A stretch of 64,000 bases of DNA from the NCBI GenBank assembly GCA_018434685.1, contig JAHDOV010000004.1, positions 348,808 through 412,807 on the forward strand, written 5' to 3'. This stretch comes from Deltaproteobacteria bacterium (GTDB taxonomy: Bacteria; Desulfobacterota; Desulfomonilia; UBA1062). The notes beneath the pieces were generated by a model. The model was not told the DNA's origin, searched no databases, and saw nothing but the letters and a program-made list of their open reading frames with translations. Below, one piece after another: positions 52,198 to 59,295 of this stretch. The position numbers and the translations under genes were made by a program. The number at the start of each line of letters is the position of its first letter. Position 1 is the first letter of the stretch.

Positions 52198-52923
52198 TCA
52201 TTTGTGCGGGAGAATTGATCTCAGGTGGGTCTCTCCATGGTCGAGGATCTCGCGCATGATTGCTATGGAACGGTCCTGGTCCTTGGCCGAAATGGCCTTC
52301 ACCAGTTTTTTGTGAAAGTCGAAGGTAGCCGGCACCACGCTGGGGTCTGTGAAGAACAGAGAGGTGAAGTTCATATACACCGGCTTGAACGAGTTGATGA
52401 GGAGGGGGTAGATGATGTTTCCCGAGGCAATGCCGATGAGGTGGTGAAATTCGAAGTCTGTCCGGGTAATTTTCTCGAGATCGTCCTTTGAAAGTGCATC
52501 CTCACGGTTCAGGATCTGCCGGAATGCCTCGAGGTGCTCAGGTGTCCTGTGGACGGCTGCGAGCCTGGTGGTCTCGATCTCGATGAGGCTTCGTGTCCGG
52601 ATCAGGCCTTCCAGGATAGCGGGATCGAGCCGCCCTTCCTGATAGTTGATGAGCGAGGTGAGGACGGCGAGAGACCCCTGGGACCTGAAGTCGTTCACCA
52701 CGGTGCCGACCCGGGGCCGCATGGTAACGAGCCCCTTTGCTGCCAGATCCACGAGCCCTTCATGAACGACAGGCCTGCTGACGCCCAGCTGGAGGGCAAG
52801 CTCCCGCTCGGGAGGCAGTTTCTGGCCGATGGCGATCTTTCCGGTGAGGATCAGGTTCTCGAACCGGGAGATGAAGACCTCCTTGAGGCTCTCGGTCTTG
52901 AGCGGTTTGAGCATGTCCCTCAT
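52198..52923 (-). CDS. GntR/FadR-family transcriptional regulator, heads the GRE locus
   Basis: wHTH (IGQKLPPERELALQLGVSRPVVHEGLVDLAAKGLV) plus FCD domain. Confidence 0.75.
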   Translation of the reverse strand: MRDMLKPLKTESLKEVFISRFENLILTGKIAIGQKLPPERELALQLGVSRPVVHEGLVDLAAKGLVTMRPRVGTVVNDFRSQGSLAVLTSLINYQEGRLDPAILEGLIRTRSLIEIETTRLAAVHRTPEHLEAFRQILNREDALSKDDLEKITRTDFEFHHLIGIASGNIIYPLLINSFKPVYMNFTSLFFTDPSVVPATFDFHKKLVKAISAKDQDRSIAIMREILDHGETHLRSILPHK

Positions 52924-53474
52924 GACTCCTCCCTTTGGCAGGTGGTAATACCAGCAGCCACTATACCCCGGGGAGAACCGGCATGCAAGGGAAAAGATGG
53001 CATGCCTGAGAGTCGGTTCGATAAAGGCATGATCCCTCCATTGCGTAACAGGGAGATCACAGCGGATCCACGTTACTATTGCCTTTCACTTTTTATTTAT
53101 AATAGGGTATAGTTACACCTGAGAGTAAATCCGTGAGTGCGTCTTTATGATCGTTTGAGGTTGAACATGGGGAGAAATGGATTTAAGAACCCAATATATG
53201 TGAAATATTATACACATAATTGGCAATATTTTACCCATAAAACCTTTTTTTCTTGCAGGCCGAAGTTGTTTCTGGAAGCCTACTTTGTTGAAATACGTGA
53301 TGAAAACTGAATAATCTCGTATTGCATGGATTTTGCTTTATTTTAAGTGCCATTGTAAAGATGGATAGGGCCTCGATGATATCTCTTTGAAGGGATGATG
53401 CGGGGAGACGGATTGGCAGGGCGTAGTACTCAGACAAACAAAAAAGGATAGCTTCCTGTTCTTTTTGGAATGAG

Positions 53475-54401
53475 ATGTTTATGATGATGAAAAGAGCATT
53501 TGTGATTTCCCTGTTTGCGGCAATTATCGTTGGTGTATCAGGAATCCCTCTGCATGCCGGACAGATAGTGACCGATGATGTGCGTGTGTGGGCCCGCGAG
53601 GCGTTGGCGCAGGAAAAAGGCCTTGAAGCAGAGCCTGCCGGCAACACGCTTGCGGTGCTCTACTTTCACAACAGGTCCGGCAAGGCCTTGCTGAATCCGC
53701 TTCAGAAAGGGCTCGCCTTCATGCTCATGACGGATCTTTCCCAGGTGGACGGGCTCGTTCTCGTGGAGCGGGTGAAGCTGCAGGCATTGACAGAGGAAAT
53801 GGATCTGGGGATCTCCGGACTGGTGGACCCTGAATCGGCGCCGAAGGTAGGGCGGGTGCTGGGTGCCAGATTCCTCGTCGGCGGGGATCTTCAGGGCACG
53901 GCAGCTGAACTGGGCATAGCCTCCGATGTGCTGGAGGTGCCTGGCCAGCGGGTCGCGGGCAGCCCTTCGAGCAAGGGAGATCTTCCCGGGATATTTGCAA
54001 TGGAAAAGGAGCTTCTTTTTGCGATCATCTCCATCCTGAAGATAGAGCTCTCTGAGCAGAAAAAGCTGGAACTGGAAAAACCGTTTACCACGCAGATCGA
54101 TGCACTGTTCAACCTGATGTATGCGATAGACAGCGCTGACCGGGGTGATTATCTCAAGGCCGAGGCATACTATACTGAGGCGCTCCGGAAGGACCCGGGG
54201 CTTAATGCCGCCCAGGACGGACTGCAGGAGCTCAAGGATCTGAATCTGGTCGGATCTCATGACCGGAGCAAGGCCATGGCGGAGTCGTTGGAGGAAAGGA
54301 CGTCACAGACAAGCCGGTTAACCGATGATTATATCTCACGGAGAAACAGAAACCCCGGCGATAATCTGAAAACCGCAGGACGGATACGGGTGCAGTGGTG
54401 A
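53475..54401 (+). CDS. secreted CsgG/LpoB-like domain protein with C-terminal TPR-like region
   Basis: Signal peptide. LAVLYFHNRS...LVERVKLQALTEEMDLGISGLVD pattern shared with the lipoprotein at 63135-63626. C-terminal helical YYTEALRKDPGLNAAQDGL. Confidence 0.5.
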   Translation: MFMMMKRAFVISLFAAIIVGVSGIPLHAGQIVTDDVRVWAREALAQEKGLEAEPAGNTLAVLYFHNRSGKALLNPLQKGLAFMLMTDLSQVDGLVLVERVKLQALTEEMDLGISGLVDPESAPKVGRVLGARFLVGGDLQGTAAELGIASDVLEVPGQRVAGSPSSKGDLPGIFAMEKELLFAIISILKIELSEQKKLELEKPFTTQIDALFNLMYAIDSADRGDYLKAEAYYTEALRKDPGLNAAQDGLQELKDLNLVGSHDRSKAMAESLEERTSQTSRLTDDYISRRNRNPGDNLKTAGRIRVQW

Positions 54402-57400
54402 AAAAAAACAATAAGGCCATTGGTGTACTGTATGCTGTTGTATGTGCAAGCCTGTTCCTGATGTGTTCATGCAGCGGCAGCTCCGGCAGTGCGTCAGAAA
54501 ACGAGGGAACAGGGTCGATCGTATTCTCCCTTCAACTGCCGGCCGAACCTTTTTCCTCAGCAGACGGCAAGGATGTGCAATACAAGGCCGCTTCCATAGA
54601 CTGCGACAGGCTGGGGATCGTGAGCGTCGAGGCCCAAGTCTACGACGAACATGAAGAGCTGATCGCACAGGGCGGTCCGTGGGACTGCAGCCTCGGTGAA
54701 GGGATCATATACGGCATAAAGGCTGGAAACAACAGGACCGTTCTCCTCTTTCTCAGGGATGAAAACCACATAGTGCGCTATACCGGAAACAAGTCGGAAA
54801 TCAGAGTCATTGCAGGGCAGACAACAGATATAGGGACCATCATCGTTATCGAGGGGGAGGAAGAGGACAACCATGCCCCTGTGCTCACTGGCGGCGGCGT
54901 AACCCCTGAGGCAGGAGTTGCACAAGAGACCTTCACCTACTCGGTACATTACCGGGATATAGATGGCCACGCTGCCTCCCAGAGATCCGTCTATATAGAC
55001 GGCGCACCCTATACCATGAGTCTGACCAGCGGTGCCGGGTATGACGGTACGTATACCTACCGGACCACGCTGCCTGTGGACGATCACACCTACTATTTCG
55101 TATTCAACGACGGCTACGGCGGCACCGTCAGGCTGCCCGGTTCCGAGATGTATGCCGGGCCGCGCGTGCGTGCGGTAAACAATGACCCGGTAGCCGGAGA
55201 CGACCAAGCGAGTGCGGTCCGAGGCGGCAGGGTGGCGGATGGCTTGCTCGACAATGATTATGACCCTGACGATGACGATCTCCTGGTCAATACGACACCG
55301 GTAACAGGTCCTGATCACGGCAATGTGGTACTCAACCAGGACGGCACCTTTATCTACACCCATGACGGCAGCGAGACAGCGAGCGACAGCTTCACCTATG
55401 AGGTACGTGACGGCTGGGGCGGTTCGGCAACTGCCGTGGTAAGCATTTCCGTGTCACTGGACCCGCAGGACAACCATGCCCCTGTGCTCACTGGCGGCGG
55501 CGTAACCCCTGAGGCAGGAGCTGCACAAGAGACCTTCACCTACTCGGTACATTACCGGGATATAGATGGCCACGCTGCCTCCCAGAGATCCGTGTATATA
55601 GACGGCGCACCCTATACCATGAGCCTGAGCAGCGGTGCCGGGTATGACGGTACATATACCTACCGGACCACGCTGCCTGTGGACGATCACTCCTACTATT
55701 TCGTATTCAACGACGGCTACGGCGGCACCGTCAGGCTGCCCGGTTCCGAGATGTATGCCGGACCGCGCGTGCGTGCGGTAAACAATGACCCGGTGGCCGG
55801 GGACGACGAAGCGAGTGCAGTCCGCGGCGGCAGGGTGGCGCATCGCGTGCTCGACAATGATTATGACCCTGACGATGACGATCTCCTGGTCAATACGACA
55901 CCGGTAACAGGTCCTGATCACGGCAACCTGGTGCTCAACCAGGACGGGACCTTTGTCTACACCCATGACGGCAGCGAGACAGCGAGCGACAGTTTCACCT
56001 ATGAGGTCGGTGACGGCTGGGGCGGCTCGGCCTTTGCAACGGTGAGCATAACGGTTTCTTTGGACCCGCAGGACAACCATGCCCCGGTGCTCACTGGCGG
56101 GATCGTATCTCCGGGCGCGGGCGAGGTAACAGAGTCGTTCACGTATACGGTTTACTACAGTGATGTTGACGGTCATGCAGCACAGGAGAAATTTCTCTAC
56201 ATAGACGGCACACGCTATGACATGGTGCTGCTCGATGGAACTCCCTATGCCGGGACCTATGCCTATGAGACAGACCTGCCGCTTGGTTCCCATGAATACT
56301 ACTTCACGTTCACAGACGGCTATGGCGGATCGGCCAGCCTGCCCGAGTCAGGGGCATACCAGGGGCCGTGTGTTGTGGCCGTGGCATATTTTGTAGCATC
56401 CTCACGGGGAAGCGATGATTATGTCGGGTCTATTGCGTATCCGTTTGCAACGATCGGGCATGCCATCGATGCGGTACAGGGTAGTGGAGACAGCCCGGTT
56501 ACCATCTTTATCGCTCAGGGCAGCTATGCCGAGAATCTCGTCCTGGATTCCTGGGAATCGCTTTCCGGCGGCTGGCTCGATGATTTCAGCCGGCAGTGGG
56601 ATTTTGCCGGCAACGGGATCACGCCGGCACCTGAATACGAGACCGTCATTGACGGCGGGCAGGTAGGGAGATGTATTACCGCAGTCTCGGCCGAAGGTGT
56701 CAGCCTCAGCGGTGTGACCCTTTTTAACGGCAATGCCGGCGATTATCAAAAAGGCGGCTCTGCACTCTATCTTGGTTCCTGCTCAGCTGATATCGACTTC
56801 TGCACCATAGTGAACAACACCACCGTATCGGACAATGATATCCACGGCGGGGCAGTGTATAACGATGAGAGCAGCCCCACATTCTCCCGGTGTCTGTTTG
56901 CCGATAATGTAGTAACCGGACCACATATCAAACATGGAGGCGCTCTATATAATTACCGATCGTCTCCGCGCATTGTCGGATGTATTTTCAGGGATAACCA
57001 CGCCGGGTGCAACATGGGTGCCGGCGGGGCCATCTATAACCTTGAAAGCGACGCCGAGATCGTAGACTCTGTCTTTGCCGGAAACACCACCGGCGGATGC
57101 TACAGCTACGGGGCGGGGATATATAATGAATCGAGCGATCCCTTAATTACGAACTGCCTGTTCGTGGGGAATACGGCAACGGGCAGTTGTATCGCACGAG
57201 GGGGCGCTGTGTATAATCAATTAAGCAGCCCGAACATGACCAACTGCAGCTTCTCGCTCAATTCGGCATCAAATGCAGACGGGAACAGCAGGGGCGGCGG
57301 CATATACAATGATGCAGCCTCTGCACCGGTGATCACCAACTCTATACTCTGGGGAGACACGGCGCGACTGGGCAAGGAAATCTTCAACGAGGACTCCTCG

Positions 57401-57646
57401 ATATGCCGGGTCACCTACTGCGACATCGATCAGGACCTGACCGAGAGCGATATTGTTCACCACAATATTCGTGAAGCCCCGCTCTTTGTCGATGCCTCAG
57501 GCGGTGATCTGCACCTCGATGGCGAGTCACCCTGCATCGATGCGGGTACGAATGATGCGCCGTGGCTTTTGGAAACGGATTTCGAGGGAGATCCTCGGAT
57601 TGTGAATGAACATATCGATATGGGTGCAGATGAATATGTCGATTGA
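54395..57646 (+). CDS. large surface (lipo)protein: tandem about 201-aa repeats plus C-terminal right-handed beta-helix with Pmp-like GGA[ILV] / FxxN repeats
   Basis: GTG start overlapping the upstream stop. N-terminal signal with Cys cluster LFLMCSCSG. Two near-identical 603-bp repeats plus a divergent third, each with DNHAPVLTGGGVTPEAG and a cadherin/Ig-like segment (NNDPVAGDD...TFTYEV). The C-terminus has repeated GGAVYN/GGAIYN/GGALYN and FADN/FRDN/FAGN/FVGN/FSLN motifs. Confidence 0.7.
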   Translation: MVKKNNKAIGVLYAVVCASLFLMCSCSGSSGSASENEGTGSIVFSLQLPAEPFSSADGKDVQYKAASIDCDRLGIVSVEAQVYDEHEELIAQGGPWDCSLGEGIIYGIKAGNNRTVLLFLRDENHIVRYTGNKSEIRVIAGQTTDIGTIIVIEGEEEDNHAPVLTGGGVTPEAGVAQETFTYSVHYRDIDGHAASQRSVYIDGAPYTMSLTSGAGYDGTYTYRTTLPVDDHTYYFVFNDGYGGTVRLPGSEMYAGPRVRAVNNDPVAGDDQASAVRGGRVADGLLDNDYDPDDDDLLVNTTPVTGPDHGNVVLNQDGTFIYTHDGSETASDSFTYEVRDGWGGSATAVVSISVSLDPQDNHAPVLTGGGVTPEAGAAQETFTYSVHYRDIDGHAASQRSVYIDGAPYTMSLSSGAGYDGTYTYRTTLPVDDHSYYFVFNDGYGGTVRLPGSEMYAGPRVRAVNNDPVAGDDEASAVRGGRVAHRVLDNDYDPDDDDLLVNTTPVTGPDHGNLVLNQDGTFVYTHDGSETASDSFTYEVGDGWGGSAFATVSITVSLDPQDNHAPVLTGGIVSPGAGEVTESFTYTVYYSDVDGHAAQEKFLYIDGTRYDMVLLDGTPYAGTYAYETDLPLGSHEYYFTFTDGYGGSASLPESGAYQGPCVVAVAYFVASSRGSDDYVGSIAYPFATIGHAIDAVQGSGDSPVTIFIAQGSYAENLVLDSWESLSGGWLDDFSRQWDFAGNGITPAPEYETVIDGGQVGRCITAVSAEGVSLSGVTLFNGNAGDYQKGGSALYLGSCSADIDFCTIVNNTTVSDNDIHGGAVYNDESSPTFSRCLFADNVVTGPHIKHGGALYNYRSSPRIVGCIFRDNHAGCNMGAGGAIYNLESDAEIVDSVFAGNTTGGCYSYGAGIYNESSDPLITNCLFVGNTATGSCIARGGAVYNQLSSPNMTNCSFSLNSASNADGNSRGGGIYNDAASAPVITNSILWGDTARLGKEIFNEDSSICRVTYCDIDQDLTESDIVHHNIREAPLFVDASGGDLHLDGESPCIDAGTNDAPWLLETDFEGDPRIVNEHIDMGADEYVD
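54866..56390 (+). repeat. 603-bp tandem repeat (2 near-identical copies plus 1 divergent partial copy) inside the large surface protein gene
   Basis: Copy 1 at 54866-55468 and copy 2 at 55469-56071 differ by only scattered SNPs. Copy 3 from 56072 is diverged. All in frame (201 aa). Confidence 0.85.
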
Positions 57647-57674
57647 AATGAACAGTGAAGGGAACTCATCCATT

Positions 57675-58826
57675 ATGAGCAGATACCAGGGCAGCCCGTG
57701 CAATGTATTAATCAGGCAGATAGCGTTAATCCTGTTTATCGTCTTTTCCGGCGCAGGAGTTGTCTGTGCCTCCGGGAATACCATGTCAAGCGGATTTCAC
57801 TATGACTGGTGGGATAGTGACGAGGGTGATAAAGGGATGCAGTTGTACCTCCCGATACAGGCCGCCTCAGAGTATCGAGGGGTTTCTTTCGAGGTGCTCA
57901 CTGCCTATGCATACACCCGGGTCGATCCTTCCGGCGGCTCGAAGCGGTCTTTGAGCGATTTTGTGGACACAAAGGTGAATTTCGCCTATCCCCTCGAGGG
58001 AAGATACGGCTGTGATATCGTCTTTGGGCTCGGGTTCAATCTGCCCACCGGTCACACGGACCTGAGCACCAGGGATCTGGTGCTTGTTGTCCCTCCTGAT
58101 CTCATGTCCATCAACTCCTTCGGGGAGGGGCTGAACATGAATCCCCGAGTCAGCATCGCCAGGCAGTGGGGAAAGCTCGTGGCAGGGATAGGCCTGGGAT
58201 ATGCCTGGCGCGGTGAATATGACTACAGTGACGGTGTCGAGGATTACGACCCGGGCGAGATATTCACCCTGACCGGTGAGGCTGCCTATGAGTTTTCTCC
58301 CCAGTGGTATGGTAAGGCCTACGGGGAATATGAATCCTTCAGCAAGGACACCGTCGATGGAGATGATTATTACCAGGAAGGCGATGTAACGCTCATGGGC
58401 CTCGGGCTGAGCTATGTCCAGCCTGCATGGGACCTGGGCTTGAGCCTGACCGGCATCTTCAGGGACAAGAGCAAAATACAGCAGGGCACCATCGTGCCCA
58501 CGGAAGCGAAAAACAGCCATGGCGATGAGTGGATAGCAGCAATTGTATACCGGTATTTTCAGGACAAGGACACCACGGTGAGCACGTCACTGGAATATCT
58601 TTCTTTGCAGGAAAACGACTATGATGCGAGCTCCCTGTACTACATCGGCAAGAGGCAGAAGATCACGCTCGGGTGCATGGTAAGCAAGATTTTGAAAAAA
58701 GATCTCGAGGCCTCGGCAGAGATAAAGGGATTCATCATGGATGATGAGAAGAACTGGTATCACCCGGGTGAGGACTATAGCTACAGGGGATTTTCGCTGG
58801 GGGCTTCGGTAACCAAGGGCTTTTAG
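57675..58826 (+). CDS. outer-membrane beta-barrel protein
   Basis: Signal peptide MSRYQGSPCNVLIRQIALILFIVFSGAGVVCASG. Aromatic-rich alternating strands. C-terminal ...GASVTKGF with terminal Phe. Confidence 0.6.
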   Translation: MSRYQGSPCNVLIRQIALILFIVFSGAGVVCASGNTMSSGFHYDWWDSDEGDKGMQLYLPIQAASEYRGVSFEVLTAYAYTRVDPSGGSKRSLSDFVDTKVNFAYPLEGRYGCDIVFGLGFNLPTGHTDLSTRDLVLVVPPDLMSINSFGEGLNMNPRVSIARQWGKLVAGIGLGYAWRGEYDYSDGVEDYDPGEIFTLTGEAAYEFSPQWYGKAYGEYESFSKDTVDGDDYYQEGDVTLMGLGLSYVQPAWDLGLSLTGIFRDKSKIQQGTIVPTEAKNSHGDEWIAAIVYRYFQDKDTTVSTSLEYLSLQENDYDASSLYYIGKRQKITLGCMVSKILKKDLEASAEIKGFIMDDEKNWYHPGEDYSYRGFSLGASVTKGF

Positions 58827-58894
58827 ATTTCGAAGTAATATTCGGATAGGTATTCTAACATTTTTTAGGATAACTACTTCCTAACTTATTCTTT

Positions 58895-59086
58895 TTTTAT
58901 GTTACTTTCTTTGCGTGCACAAGAGAAAGTAACCAAAGAAATGCACCCCGCGAAGCCGCCCTTCGGGTTCGTTCGCTCACTCGGGAAAAATCAGCTCGCA
59001 ATTAAACTCGCTCCATTTCATTACGCTCAGACAGAATTGCTCGTTTTTCTGATTTTTCCCTCCCTCGCTCACCGGCTTCAAGGGGA
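58895..59086 (+). repeat. about 190-bp structured repeat, left copy, inverted relative to 62711-62908
   Basis: About 85-90% identical to the reverse complement of 62711-62908. Contains a terminal 10-bp-stem hairpin (58901-58933), a CCC-UUCG-GGG hairpin and a GGGAAAAATCAG...CTGATTTTTCCC long stem. The listed ORF 58899-59129 is an artefact. Confidence 0.8.
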
Positions 59087-59295
59087 CCCGGGGTTCAGCG
59101 CTGAAATTCACTGTCTGGAAAAGAATTAGCTACCATCAATACCGGTGCACATAACCATGGGAGATATGGATCAGGTCATGTTGCTTAAAAGTAAATAGTC
59201 GTCGCAGATATATGCATTTTGTAACATGTCGATCACCGTGGCTGAAAGCCGTCCGTTGGTTTGCCTTGTTGGATTACAATTTGGCTGTCTTCACC

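Noticed and set aside
54866-56390. Regularly spaced direct repeats considered as a possible CRISPR-like array.
   Set aside because: The period is 603 bp, in frame, and encodes protein domains. There are no short repeat-spacer units and no cas genes.
58899-59129. 76-aa ORF, and the homologous 106-aa ORF at 62586-62906.
   Set aside because: Both coincide with the inverted about 190-bp structured repeats. Conservation follows base-pairing (compensatory changes), not codons. There is no RBS or start context.
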